Part shown: piece by piece, positions 8,909 through 18,998 of the stretch
How positions within the stretch are numbered: the stretch's first letter is position 1
Layout of the letters: each line of letters starts with the position of its first letter
Assembly (NCBI GenBank): GCA_030645735.1
Contig: JAUSNP010000006.1
Coordinates: 132,095 to 196,094 of the forward strand
Direction: 5' to 3'
Length of the DNA: 64,000 bases
Source of the DNA: Candidatus Moraniibacteriota bacterium
Lineage (GTDB): Bacteria > Patescibacteriota > Minisyncoccia > Moranbacterales > UBA2206
Notes under the pieces: model-generated
The model's database searches: none
Told to the model about the DNA's origin: nothing
The model's input: only the letters and a program-made list of their open reading frames with translations
Translations under genes and position numbers: made by a program

Positions 8909-10462
8909 ATGGATAAAAAAGTCAGGGTCAGATTTGCGCCGTCACCGACGGGTTATTTGCATGTTGGAGGCTTGCGAAGCGCTTTATATAACTATTTGTT
9001 CGCCAAGAAAAATGGCGGGGATTTTATTTTGAAAATAGAAGACACAGACCGTAAGAGATTTGTCGAAGGTGCTGTAGAGAGCTTGATTAGCTCTTTGGAT
9101 TGGGTGGGACTCAATCGCAATGAAGGCGTGTTTTTGAAAGAGCATGTTTTGAATCCAGAGAATAAGAAAATCATTGAATCTGCAAGTTATCCAGGCGTGA
9201 TGGAAATAGGAGAATTTGGACCATATATCCAATCAGAAAATTTAGCTGTGTATAAAAAATATGCGGAGGAGCTGGTGGCTGCTGGCAAGGCTTATTATTG
9301 TTTTTGTGAACAAGAGAGATTGGACCAAGTCAAAGCAGAACGCATCGCCAACAAACAAGCGCCAATGTATGATCGCTATTGTTTGAAAAATGTCAGCGCG
9401 GAAGAAGTCAATGAAAAGTTGAAATCCAATTGCGCCTACACAATTCGCTTGAAAGTCCCAGCGGATGAAGTCATTGAATTTGAAGATTTGATTCGTGGCA
9501 AAGTTTCTATCAACTCCAACACAGTTGATGACCAAGTCCTGATGAAATCGGATGGTTTTCCAACCTATCATTTGGCCAATGTGATTGATGATCATATGAT
9601 GGGCACCACGCAAGTGATTCGTGGCGAGGAATGGTTGCCGAGTACGCCAAAACATATTTTGTTATATCGCGCTTTTGGCTGGGACATTCCTGAATTTGCC
9701 CATCTACCTCTTTTGCTCAGCACTGACAAAAAGAAATTATCCAAACGCATGGGGGATGTAGCTGTGGAAGATTATATCAAGAAAGGCTATTTGAAAGAAG
9801 CGATCATCAACTTCGTGGTGCTTTTGGGTTGGAACATTGGCGACGGTAGCACGCAAGAAGTTTTTTCATTGGCAGAATTGGAACAAGTTTTTGACTTGAA
9901 GCGCGTACACAAGGCTGGTGCAGTTTTTGATTTGAAAAAATTGGATTGGCTCAATGCGCAATATATCAAAAAACTTTCGGTGGATGAATTGTATGAAAAA
10001 TCCTTGGAATTTTTTGCGCAAAAAGAATTTTACAAGACGTGGAACGTGGAACGTGAATCGTGGAGCGCAGAAGAGAAAGAAATATATTTGAAAAAAGTTT
10101 TACAAATTGAACAAGAACGTTTGAACAATTTGTCTGAGGTGGGGGAGAACAATCAGTTTTTCTTTGCACCCATCGCCTATGACAAAACCATGCTCAACTG
10201 GAAGGATATGTCGCCAGAAGCATTGCGAGAATCACTGCAAAAATCAATTGAAACACTGAGCGGAATTTCTGAAGAAAATTGGGAACTGAAAAACATTGAA
10301 GAAAAACTTTTTGCTACCGCCGGAGACAAAAAAGGTGATTTGCTGTGGCCACTCCGCGTGGCTTTGTCGGGTGCGCAAAAATCTCCCTCACCAATGGAAT
10401 TGGCTTGGGTCTTGGGCAAAACTGAATCTTTGCAACGATTACAAAACGCATTGGAAAAATAA
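8909..10462 (+). CDS. gltX: Glutamyl-tRNA synthetase
   Basis: RFAPSPTGYLHVGG (HIGH motif) and KLSKR (KMSKS motif). Confidence 0.9.
   Translation: MDKKVRVRFAPSPTGYLHVGGLRSALYNYLFAKKNGGDFILKIEDTDRKRFVEGAVESLISSLDWVGLNRNEGVFLKEHVLNPENKKIIESASYPGVMEIGEFGPYIQSENLAVYKKYAEELVAAGKAYYCFCEQERLDQVKAERIANKQAPMYDRYCLKNVSAEEVNEKLKSNCAYTIRLKVPADEVIEFEDLIRGKVSINSNTVDDQVLMKSDGFPTYHLANVIDDHMMGTTQVIRGEEWLPSTPKHILLYRAFGWDIPEFAHLPLLLSTDKKKLSKRMGDVAVEDYIKKGYLKEAIINFVVLLGWNIGDGSTQEVFSLAELEQVFDLKRVHKAGAVFDLKKLDWLNAQYIKKLSVDELYEKSLEFFAQKEFYKTWNVERESWSAEEKEIYLKKVLQIEQERLNNLSEVGENNQFFFAPIAYDKTMLNWKDMSPEALRESLQKSIETLSGISEENWELKNIEEKLFATAGDKKGDLLWPLRVALSGAQKSPSPMELAWVLGKTESLQRLQNALEK
10038..10065. repeat. Heptamer repeat ACGTGGA/ACGTGAA x4 inside gltX, in-frame (encodes TWNVERESW)
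   Basis: acgtggaacgtggaacgtgaatcgtggag. Confidence 0.75.
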
Positions 10463-10474
10463 TTTCCAAGAAGT

Positions 10475-11722
10475 ATGAGCAAAATAAAAAACAAAAAAAT
10501 AACTATTTCCAATATTGCCATATTATCGGCCACTATTTCCGTGTGGTCAGCTTTTAGTTTTTTAAGCAGGGATGTAGCCCAGGCCTCTAATTGTGATACG
10601 ATTGTTGACGCGACTAAGAAAAATCAATGCATAGCCTTGGAAAAGAAAGCGCAGGCCTATCAAGATATTATTGATATCAAGGTTAAGCAACAAACCACTT
10701 TGCAAAAACAAATGGCTTTGATTGATGCTGAACAATCCAAAAATCAATCAGCCTTGCAAGAAGTGCATGAAAAATTTCAAACTGTTTCACAGCAAATTTC
10801 CAGTTTAGAAAAAAGGATCTCCAGTGAAGAAGAGCAAATTGATCAGCAAAAAATAATCCTTTCTGGACTTATGCGCGTATACTACGAAGATTATCAGCGG
10901 GGAGTGCTAGATGTTGTTTTGGTTGACAAGGACTTTTCAGAATTTATGAATCAATCTGACTATGTGCAACAATCTAGCTTGAAAGTTTCGGATGTGTTGA
11001 AATCCATTCAGTATATCAAAGCAGATTTGGAAAATCAGAAGACAGACTTGGAAGGCAAGAAAGCTGAACATGAACAACTCCAGGGACAACTGGAAGAAAA
11101 GAATTTGAATTTACAAAAAACTGAAAATCAAAAGCAAACCTTGCTTGGTCAAACCAAGGCTGAGGCGGAAAAATATCAAAGTTTATTAGCTAACATTGAA
11201 GATGAAATTAGCGCCTTGGAACAGAATCTTGCTGGCACCATAAATTATGCTAATTTACCACCAGACAAAAGCGGTTATTTCACTTGGCCAGTCAATCCAC
11301 ATGTCATTACACAAGGCTATGGTAAAACAGCCTTTGCCAGGTCATCTGGAATGTATAAAAATAACTTTCATAATGGCTTAGACTTCGGCATAAAATTTAG
11401 CAATTTATACGCCGCCAAGGGTGGCAAGGTGGTCGGTTCAGGTGACAATGGTAAATATGCCTATGGCAAATGGTTGGCGATTGATCATGGTGATGGCCTA
11501 GTGACGCTCTATGGTCATCTAAGTGTCAAAAATGTCACCAATGGCTCCAAGGTCACTGAAGGTCAAAAGATTGGCGTGACTGGCAACACTGGCAACTCAA
11601 CTGGTCCACATTTACATTTTTCAGTTTTTGCTTCCAACACTTTCAAGACAGTTGAGTCATCCTATGTCAAAGGACTTATGATTCCGACTGGTGCGCCTGT
11701 GACTCCAAGAAAATATTTATAA
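10475..11722 (+). CDS. M23 family metallopeptidase with N-terminal signal/TM and long coiled coil (EnvC-like)
   Basis: HNGLDFG...HLHF LytM motifs; Q/E/K-rich heptad region. Confidence 0.8.
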   Translation: MSKIKNKKITISNIAILSATISVWSAFSFLSRDVAQASNCDTIVDATKKNQCIALEKKAQAYQDIIDIKVKQQTTLQKQMALIDAEQSKNQSALQEVHEKFQTVSQQISSLEKRISSEEEQIDQQKIILSGLMRVYYEDYQRGVLDVVLVDKDFSEFMNQSDYVQQSSLKVSDVLKSIQYIKADLENQKTDLEGKKAEHEQLQGQLEEKNLNLQKTENQKQTLLGQTKAEAEKYQSLLANIEDEISALEQNLAGTINYANLPPDKSGYFTWPVNPHVITQGYGKTAFARSSGMYKNNFHNGLDFGIKFSNLYAAKGGKVVGSGDNGKYAYGKWLAIDHGDGLVTLYGHLSVKNVTNGSKVTEGQKIGVTGNTGNSTGPHLHFSVFASNTFKTVESSYVKGLMIPTGAPVTPRKYL

Positions 11723-12142
11723 AATTATTTTTCTATCCTAAAAAAAATGGCTCAATCACATTTTTGAGTCATTTTTGATTTTGGGCATCTCAAAGGGGGA
11801 TAGTCAGGTTCCTTGGAAATAAAAACCCAAAAAAGGTGTTTTTGGGTATACATCAATGTATGTCTAATTTGGGCAAGCTGGGTTCAAAACGTCAAATTTA
11901 AGGTCAGAAATTTTTTCGACAGAAATTTCGGATACATGGCAGTATATAAAAATAAAAAAATACTTTTGCAAATATTTTTTTATTTATGTATTTAGTTTTG
12001 AGATAGCGACACAAAAGAGTTCGAATGGGATAGGTAGGTGTATCTATGTATTAAGCGTACTCAGCCTTAGATTCTTTTGTGCAGTGTCGTAAAAGATAGA
12101 TTGTGCGACACTGTCCATATTTCAAGATGCACACTTCCCCTT

Positions 12143-12712
12143 CTAAATTTGGGTATTTTTTGGATTATAGCTTTTTATAAAACTAATTGGTTCTTTCCAA
12201 TATTCAATCTCCGTAATGTTCTCACCCTTCTCCTGCTCCTTGAAATAGCCTGGCAAAACTTTTCCGTGAAATGGTCCAGCATAAATTCCAAAATGCAGAT
12301 GCTCCTCTTCCCAAGCTCCATTGGACTCACTTAGCGACTTCCCAATAGTTCCCATTAGTCCACCCATCTCAATCGTGTCACCTCTTTTCACGAAACGCCT
12401 ACCTAGATGGCCATACAAGGAATAGAAAACTTTTTTTGTTTTTGGATCCTTGTGCGCGATGATGACGATACCACCCCAATTTCTTTTAGTAACTTCACCG
12501 CTTTCGGAAAATTCCCCGGGATGCAATTTTGAATACACAACGATACCTCGACCAATGGAAAAAACTTTCGTTTCCACAGGTGCTGAGATGTCGATGCCAA
12601 GATGTCTGCCCCACAGTTTTTTGTCATACACATTCATCTCGCCAAAACCAGAAGAAATGTTTTTGAAATTTCCCACTGGGAACATTAGATTGGGTGTGAC
12701 TCGATACGCCAT
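12143..12712 (-). CDS. M23 family peptidase
   Basis: HLGIDI...HLHFGIY motifs. Confidence 0.7.
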   Translation of the reverse strand: MAYRVTPNLMFPVGNFKNISSGFGEMNVYDKKLWGRHLGIDISAPVETKVFSIGRGIVVYSKLHPGEFSESGEVTKRNWGGIVIIAHKDPKTKKVFYSLYGHLGRRFVKRGDTIEMGGLMGTIGKSLSESNGAWEEEHLHFGIYAGPFHGKVLPGYFKEQEKGENITEIEYWKEPISFIKSYNPKNTQI

Positions 12713-12793
12713 ATACGCAACTCACGAATGTAAAACGAATTTTCGGCAAATTAATGCTAATATTTTTCGTTTTAATTCGCTTTAGATTAGTGT

Positions 12794-13183
12794 TTAATTT
12801 GTGAGTTTACTTTGATAATCCTTGATGGCTTCATGCAAGGCCTCGTCAGCCAGATTTGAACAATGCATTTTGATCGGCGGCAAACCTTCTAAAGCATCGG
12901 CCACATCATTGCGTGTGATTTTCAACGCCTGCTCAATAGTTTTACCCATCGCCAAATCTGTCACCATAGATGAAGTGGCAATGGCTGAGGCGCATCCTAG
13001 AGTTTCAAATTTGATATCCTTGATTACATCCCCTTTTTCTTTGTCCTGCTTGACCTTAATATAAATCTTCATCAAATCACCACACACTGGATTGCCCACC
13101 ATACCAACGCCAGAAGCGTTTTTAATCACCCCCTGATTGTGAGGTCGCGTGAAATGATCGAGAACTTTTTTTGAATATTGCAT
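12794..13183 (-). CDS. iscU: Fe-S cluster assembly scaffold IscU/NifU
   Basis: GNPVCGDLMKIYIKV and LGCASAIATSS motifs with conserved Cys. Confidence 0.85.
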   Translation of the reverse strand: MQYSKKVLDHFTRPHNQGVIKNASGVGMVGNPVCGDLMKIYIKVKQDKEKGDVIKDIKFETLGCASAIATSSMVTDLAMGKTIEQALKITRNDVADALEGLPPIKMHCSNLADEALHEAIKDYQSKLTN

Positions 13184-13188
13184 AGTAT

Positions 13189-13238
13189 TCGTGGAACGTG
13201 AATCGTGAATCGCGTAACACTGCGGTTCACGTTACGCG
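13189..13238. repeat. Heptamer repeat (CGTGGAA CGTGAAT CGTGAAT CG) fused to an 8-bp-stem hairpin CGCGTAAC...GTTACGCG, in the iscU-iscS junction
   Basis: Direct reading of the sequence. Confidence 0.7.
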
Positions 13239-14477
13239 TTATGCTTTATGAGATTTATTATAGTATTCCCCTAGTATATTTCCGGAAATCTTGCGCAATC
13301 TTTCTACGATTGTTTTCAATTTTTTCACTGCTGCATCAATTTCCTGTTTGGTTGTATATTTGCCAAGCGTGAATCGCAATGATCCATGCGCTTGTTCAGC
13401 CTTGAGTCCAATAGACAATAAGACATGCGATGGTGACAATGCGCCCGATGAACAGGCTGAACCAGTTGAACAAGCGATGCCTTCCATGTCCAATGACAAC
13501 AAGAGTCCCTCCCCTTCCACATCCGCAAAACTGAAATTGGCATTGTTAGGTGAGCGTAAAATTTTTGAACCATTCAAAACTGCTTTGGGAATTTCTTTGG
13601 AAACCTTGGCTATCAAATAATCCCGCAACTCCAAAACTTTGCGATTTACGTTTTGCGTTTTGCGGTTTGCGATTTGCTCAATGGCTTTACCAAATCCAAC
13701 AATGCCCGGCACATTATGTGTACCAGCCCGCATTTTATATTCCTGATCACCACCATCCTGTATTTTTTTGATAGTAGTCCCCTTTTTGACATACAACATG
13801 CCTACACCCTTAGGTCCATAAATTTTGTGCGCTGACATCGACAGCAAATCTACACTCAATTTTGCCACATTGCAATCAAAATAATTCACCGCTTGCGTCG
13901 CGTCAGTGTGAAACAAAAGTTTGAATTCATTTTCTTTTTTAGTTGCGTTCAGTTTCTTCACTAGTTTTCCAATTTTTTCAATTGGTTGCACCGTGCCAAT
14001 CTCATTGTTCACATACATCACTGAAATCAAAATTGTGTTTGATTTGATAGCCTTGGCGATATCACTAACCTTAATCAAGCCGTCCTTGTCCGGTTTGATA
14101 TAGGAAACTTCAGCTAAACCTTCTTTTTCCACAGTCTTACATGAATCCAGAACACAATGATGCTCAAAGGCAGTGGTGATGATATGTGGTTTGATCTTGG
14201 CATTTTCAGCCTTAGAATAATATGATTTCAAAACGCCCTTAATAGTGATGTTATTTGATTCAGTAGCACCACTAGTAAAAATTATTTCTGATGGCACAGC
14301 GCCAAAAAAAGTTGCAATCTTGCCGCGTGCCGAGTCCACTGCTTGCAGAGCGTCTTGCCCAAAAGAATGAATTGACATGGCATTGCCAAAATTCTCAGAA
14401 AAATATGGCAACATTTCCTTCAAAACTTCTTTGTCTGCTGGTGTAGTAGCGGCATAATCCAAATATATTCTTTTCAT
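13239..14477 (-). CDS. iscS: Cysteine desulfurase
   Basis: PLP-lysine region SAHKIYGPKGVG; C-terminal active-site Cys (CSTGSACSS); carries an in-frame heptamer insert. Confidence 0.9.
   Translation of the reverse strand: MKRIYLDYAATTPADKEVLKEMLPYFSENFGNAMSIHSFGQDALQAVDSARGKIATFFGAVPSEIIFTSGATESNNITIKGVLKSYYSKAENAKIKPHIITTAFEHHCVLDSCKTVEKEGLAEVSYIKPDKDGLIKVSDIAKAIKSNTILISVMYVNNEIGTVQPIEKIGKLVKKLNATKKENEFKLLFHTDATQAVNYFDCNVAKLSVDLLSMSAHKIYGPKGVGMLYVKKGTTIKKIQDGGDQEYKMRAGTHNVPGIVGFGKAIEQIANRKTQNVNRKVLELRDYLIAKVSKEIPKAVLNGSKILRSPNNANFSFADVEGEGLLLSLDMEGIACSTGSACSSGALSPSHVLLSIGLKAEQAHGSLRFTLGKYTTKQEIDAAVKKLKTIVERLRKISGNILGEYYNKSHKA
13639..13677. repeat. CG-period-7 repeat (CGATTTA CGTTTTG CGTTTTG CGGTTTG CGATTTG) inside iscS, in-frame (encodes ANRKTQNVNRKV)
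   Basis: Direct reading of the sequence. Confidence 0.75.
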
Positions 14478-14491
14478 ATTTTTTAATTTTT

Positions 14492-14887
14492 TTATTTATT
14501 ATTCACCAAATCACTCAACTTTATTCCCCGTAATGTTTTTTCAATTTGAATGCCGAGAATTTCCCACACAACCTTAGATGAACACAGATGCTCCATTTTG
14601 CAAACCTTGCCCACGCATTTCATTGGCGCAATTGGACCTTCCAGTGCAATGACGATGTCAGCCACACTGATTTTCTTAGCTGGAATTTTCAAGGCATATC
14701 CCCCATTAGTGCCCTTGAAACTATCCACTAAGTCATATTTTCGCAAAACATTCAAAAGGCGCTCCAGATATTTGATCGAGATCGACTCTTCTTTGGCAAT
14801 CAATTTGATGTTCTTAATTTTGGCTTCATCTTTTGCTAGATTAACCATCGCTTTGAGGCCATATTCCGCTTTAGTGGAAAACTTCAT
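14492..14887 (-). CDS. iscR: Rrf2-family transcriptional regulator (IscR-like), first gene of the isc operon
   Basis: Rrf2 wHTH N-terminus (KAEYGLKAM...ISIKYLERLL...GTNGGYAL); C-terminal Cys residues. Confidence 0.8.
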   Translation of the reverse strand: MKFSTKAEYGLKAMVNLAKDEAKIKNIKLIAKEESISIKYLERLLNVLRKYDLVDSFKGTNGGYALKIPAKKISVADIVIALEGPIAPMKCVGKVCKMEHLCSSKVVWEILGIQIEKTLRGIKLSDLVNNK

Positions 14888-14904
14888 AATGTAACTCCTA
14901 CTAA

Positions 14905-14917
14905 ATTAGTATACATT
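14905..14917. promoter_or_regulatory. Palindrome TACTAA-A-TTAGTA just upstream of the iscR start; candidate Rrf2 auto-operator
   Basis: 6-1-6 palindrome ~15 nt upstream of the start codon. Confidence 0.3.
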
Positions 14918-15168
14918 CATGATACAAAAAAACCTGACGTGAGTCAAGTCTGTATTTGGGGCTTATATTAGCTGGGTGATTTCATAAGAAACAGACACTA
15001 CGACTATCAAAAACACTGAAATAATGATTGCCAATGCAAATTTGAACAACTCGTCTTGCTCTGGCTTTTTCACATCCTTAAGCATATTTGTTTTTGTATT
15101 AATATCCTTACACCTACATTATAAGACTACTCACCTTTTCTGGCAAGTCCCCTGTTTGACCGCTAGAT

Positions 15169-16341
15169 GTGGATAAACTACAATTAGAGAGTAAAGATGG
15201 ACTTCATTATAATACTATGCGAATTTCATACTCCGCCCTCGATTCCTATCAAAACTGTTCCCTGAAATACAAATTTCAGAATATTGATCATATCAAAACC
15301 CCCAAATCCAAGGAGGCAGTTTTCGGTACCACCATTCATGACACTATGAAATTCATTCACACGCCTGCCATTCTCTCTCCGACGGTGGACGAAGCCTTGG
15401 AGCATTTTTCCAATGCCTGGAATCCGACAGTCTTTGAAACCCCCGATGAAGAACGGGCCGCTTTTTCGCAAGGCGTGAAAATCATTCAAGATTATTATCA
15501 AAAAAACAATCCGGCCAATTTCAATATTGTGGATTTGGAATCGCGTTTTCAGATTGAAATCGGTTCTGGCGAAAACAAACACATTGTTTCTGGCATCATT
15601 GACCGCATCGACAAAACTGAGAATGGCTATGAAATCATTGACTACAAAACCACCAAAAAAATGCCATCCCAAGACAAGGTGGACAATGATTTGCAGTTGT
15701 CGGTCTATCTGCAAGCTTTTTTGGCGCGCTATCCCAAAGAAATCGCCAACATTGAAAAGTTGACCGTGAGTCTCTATTATCTCAAACATGGCGTAAAACT
15801 TTCTGCCACTCGCACAGTTGAGCAACTCAAAAAAAGTGAAGAGCTTTTCTTGGACGTGATCGCACAAATTGAAAGTGGCAAATTTGAACCCAACATCACT
15901 CCCCTGTGTGATTGGTGTGGCTATCAAAATATTTGTCCGATGTGGCGACACAAATTCAAAGAACTGCGCAAAATTGACACAGCCGAAATTGATTCCGCCA
16001 TCAATGAATATGTCGAACTCAAATCCGCCATTTCTCTCACCAAAGACCGCTTGGCTGAAATTCAAGAGACCATTCTAAGTTATATGGACCAAGAAGGTGT
16101 GGAACGTGTTTTTGGCGCTCAAGGCATCATCGCCCGCTCCCTGCGCAAGACCTACAAATATGATGACAAAAAAATTCGTGAAATTCTGGAACCACTCGAC
16201 AAATGGGAATCTGTCCTGAAAGTCGATGGCGTGGCTCTCAAACAGATCCTTGGCGTCCTGCCCTTTGACGCCCGCACCGAAATTGAAAAAGCCAAAGTAG
16301 TCGACAAAGAAACCAAGACCTTGGCGGTGAAGAAAAAATAA
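15169..16341 (+). CDS. PD-(D/E)XK nuclease superfamily protein with C-terminal Cys cluster (Cas4/AddB-nuclease-domain-like), stand-alone
   Basis: IIDRID...EIIDYKT (D...E-x-K) core; CDWCGYQNICPMW Cys motif. Confidence 0.55.
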   Translation: MDKLQLESKDGLHYNTMRISYSALDSYQNCSLKYKFQNIDHIKTPKSKEAVFGTTIHDTMKFIHTPAILSPTVDEALEHFSNAWNPTVFETPDEERAAFSQGVKIIQDYYQKNNPANFNIVDLESRFQIEIGSGENKHIVSGIIDRIDKTENGYEIIDYKTTKKMPSQDKVDNDLQLSVYLQAFLARYPKEIANIEKLTVSLYYLKHGVKLSATRTVEQLKKSEELFLDVIAQIESGKFEPNITPLCDWCGYQNICPMWRHKFKELRKIDTAEIDSAINEYVELKSAISLTKDRLAEIQETILSYMDQEGVERVFGAQGIIARSLRKTYKYDDKKIREILEPLDKWESVLKVDGVALKQILGVLPFDARTEIEKAKVVDKETKTLAVKKK

Positions 16342-16359
16342 TCATAATTTAATTACTGC

Positions 16360-16698
16360 TCAGGCGAATCTGTATAAAACTGCAACCGAGCTAATGCCGA
16401 GTATAATTCCAAATATTTCCCAAGTCGTTATTTTTTCGTGGAACACAAATACGCTCACTATCGCCAAAATTGCAATGCAGCTGACACCGTAAATCACCCC
16501 ACTAGTCGATAGTTTTATGTTTTTCACAACATAAACCCAGCCCAGTCCAGTTAATCCATATATTACTATACCAATAAAAAGAAATTTGTTCCAAACGGAA
16601 TTTTCAAGAGAAGCTTTTTTGATAAAATAGTCTGCTATTACAGTAATAATAGATAAGCCTACAGCGGCAAGAAAATATAAAGATTTTAGCATATGCAA
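16360..16698 (-). CDS. Small 4-TM membrane protein (SMR/DMT-like)
   Basis: Four hydrophobic helices, 112 aa. Confidence 0.4.
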   Translation of the reverse strand: MHMLKSLYFLAAVGLSIITVIADYFIKKASLENSVWNKFLFIGIVIYGLTGLGWVYVVKNIKLSTSGVIYGVSCIAILAIVSVFVFHEKITTWEIFGIILGISSVAVLYRFA

Positions 16699-16712
16699 AA
16701 AATTAGTGACTT

Positions 16713-17405
16713 TTATTTTATAATCGTCCCTTTGGCTTTCTTGCCCTCCAAATAGTTTTTCAGGTTCGGCAGGTTTTTGCCATTCATAATGGCCACTTCC
16801 AAATTGTTTTCTTGCGCTTCTTTGGAAGCGATTGGATCAAAGGGCGCGTTCATGCCTGGGTCCCATTTGTTGCCGACCATCTTGCGGAATTCTGCCCAAG
16901 ACATCTCTTTGATTTTTTTGCAATCTGGAAACTTACGCGGATCTTTGTCGCAAACATAATCAATGTTAGAAAGATTGATGATAGTTTTGATGTCCAAATA
17001 TTTTGCTAACAAAACAGCATCAAAATCAGTTGAGAAACCTGGGCGCCAACCTGCCGCTACTAAAATGTCTTCTTTGAAATCATAGAAGTCCTCCAGATCA
17101 TGCGGGTTCTTGTTGATTCTTGGATGGGCGTGTTTTCTAAAAATTGTACGAATGAAATGCGCATTCATGCGAGTGGCGTGGATCCCGATCCAATCTTTGT
17201 CATCATCCGTGATGTTGTCCACCTTGGCAGCCGCGTCAATATATTTGCGCGCCGTCTTGCCACCACCCGTGATCAAAATAAATTTATAACCTTTCTTGAT
17301 TTGTTCCTCAATGAGCGCCTTGAACTTCTTCACAAATTTCCAATCAATCTCCTCCGGCACAATAAGCGACCCACCCAACGAAATAATTACTGTTTTTTTG
17401 TCCAT
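16713..17405 (-). CDS. Amino-acid-kinase family protein; possible archaeal-type UMP kinase
   Basis: TVIISLGGSLI N-terminus and ILITGGG glycine-rich region. Confidence 0.45.
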   Translation of the reverse strand: MDKKTVIISLGGSLIVPEEIDWKFVKKFKALIEEQIKKGYKFILITGGGKTARKYIDAAAKVDNITDDDKDWIGIHATRMNAHFIRTIFRKHAHPRINKNPHDLEDFYDFKEDILVAAGWRPGFSTDFDAVLLAKYLDIKTIINLSNIDYVCDKDPRKFPDCKKIKEMSWAEFRKMVGNKWDPGMNAPFDPIASKEAQENNLEVAIMNGKNLPNLKNYLEGKKAKGTIIK

Positions 17406-17421
17406 AATTTTTTTATAATAA

Positions 17422-18330
17422 TTATTTATTTAAAAAATACACACCGATAAACATTATAGCAATTGAAACGAATCTTTGCACGAGATGTTTTTTGAGCAAA
17501 CTTTCCTCGCCCAATTTTGGTGCAAATATCGTGATGATTATTCCTAATAGAAAAACAAAGAAGGGTTGAAAACCATTCACCACCCAAACTAGTGTAATTG
17601 GAGCTAGGAGTGAGGCAAAAGAAAAAATAAGTTTACTGGATATATTGATAAATTCAGTTAGAGCATTTAAGCTCAAAATTGGCAGCCCATTTAATTTGAA
17701 GATTTTAAAAAATTGTTGGCGATATGATTTAACCACCAACAAAGCAGCTGCGGCCAAACTAAACCCAACATATTCCCAAAAAGTAGTGACCCAAAAACTT
17801 TCTTGAATAGCTACAAATTTGAAAATCAAACTATTAGTTGCAAAAAATAATGATGACAACGCCATCAATCCCAAAACTTTCATTTTCAGCTTAACTGTTC
17901 CAACTCCAATCTCCAAAGAGATTCCCATTGCACCCAAAATAATCATAACTGATGCAAAGAGTTGCGTTGCATTCAAACTCTCACCTAACAAAAAATATGC
18001 GCCCACATACGAAAACAATGGAATTATCTGAAACAAGGGAGCAACAATTGAAGCCTCCTCTTCTTGCATAGCATGCAAATACGGTAAATAGGCATATAAA
18101 TATAATGTCCCACTAATTGTAACTGTAATCGCAGATATGAGTGGCACAGAAAAAACTCCGTCATTAAAAATCGGAATAAGTATCGCCAGCAATGAACCAA
18201 GAAAAACTGAAAAAATCATCAGCGCGCCAGCACTCGCTCCTTTGAAATATCTGGTTAGTATGAATTTATCAAGATGATTAGAAAGCGCCCAAAGTGCCGG
18301 CGCTATCAATGCAATGAAAAACCAAGTCAT
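17422..18330 (-). CDS. EamA/DMT-superfamily transporter (10 TM)
   Basis: Duplicated 5-TM hydrophobic pattern. Confidence 0.6.
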   Translation of the reverse strand: MTWFFIALIAPALWALSNHLDKFILTRYFKGASAGALMIFSVFLGSLLAILIPIFNDGVFSVPLISAITVTISGTLYLYAYLPYLHAMQEEEASIVAPLFQIIPLFSYVGAYFLLGESLNATQLFASVMIILGAMGISLEIGVGTVKLKMKVLGLMALSSLFFATNSLIFKFVAIQESFWVTTFWEYVGFSLAAAALLVVKSYRQQFFKIFKLNGLPILSLNALTEFINISSKLIFSFASLLAPITLVWVVNGFQPFFVFLLGIIITIFAPKLGEESLLKKHLVQRFVSIAIMFIGVYFLNK

Positions 18331-18343
18331 TATTTTCTATAAA

Positions 18344-18796
18344 TTAATATTTACATCCCGTGCTGCGTGTGCGGCCTTGAGCGGTTGCCTCCCCTTCTGT
18401 TTTGAAACAAGCTAGATTTTCCGGCTTGATTCTTTTGGCATAGGAGCAGGTTGGCGGATAATATTTGTCTGAACTTTTACTGCCCACATAGGTACAATTG
18501 GCCATGTTTGACGGTTGTTGTGAATTGGCCACTAGAGCAGTCTTTTGTGCGGGGGTGCTGTTGGATTCAATTATACCACTAACTGGGCTTTCTGGGCTAG
18601 TTTTGGGGCTTTCAGAGGGCTTTTCGATGACCAAAGGGCTAGTTTTGATGGATTTACCCTGGACATAGCCGAATTCAAAAGAAATGCCCGCCACTAGCAA
18701 AAATCCGACAGCCAAAACTATCTTATATTCATATTGCGTCCAAAAGGACTTTATAGACTTTATGAACTTTTCACTTTCTGACTCCATAGTTGACAT
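18344..18796 (-). CDS. Secreted/anchored hypothetical protein with S/P-rich linker and C-terminal 4-Cys domain
   Basis: N-terminal TM, low-complexity linker, Cys cluster. Confidence 0.4.
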   Translation of the reverse strand: MSTMESESEKFIKSIKSFWTQYEYKIVLAVGFLLVAGISFEFGYVQGKSIKTSPLVIEKPSESPKTSPESPVSGIIESNSTPAQKTALVANSQQPSNMANCTYVGSKSSDKYYPPTCSYAKRIKPENLACFKTEGEATAQGRTRSTGCKY

Positions 18797-18819
18797 TATA
18801 CCATATTTTGCTATAATTC
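18791..18819 (+). promoter_or_regulatory. Sigma70-like promoter (TTGACA-16-TATAAT) for rpmA, followed by a ~175-nt structured leader
   Basis: Near-consensus hexamers; leader contains a GCCTTCGGC tetraloop hairpin. Confidence 0.45.
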
Positions 18820-18998
18820 TATTCGTATGTGAATTGCGAATGGCTATCCCAGTATCGATTCCGACAGAACCTTGAAGTGATGGCTTTAATGTTCCACGGA
18901 TTCGCCTTCGGCTTTAGCCTGTAATTCTTTTAAGTATTAAGTAAGAATCGATACGGGACGCTCATTTTTATGGCTTCTCGCTATCGCTCAAGATAAAA

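Noticed and set aside
15226-16065. 279-aa ORF antisense to the PD-(D/E)XK nuclease gene, and similar long antisense ORFs (9242-9655, 10177-10533, 47865-48446, 56421-56939, 58503-59087, 59578-60135, 61006-61377)
   Set aside because: They lie fully inside well-supported genes on the opposite strand, have low-complexity composition and carry no motifs. These are shadow ORFs.
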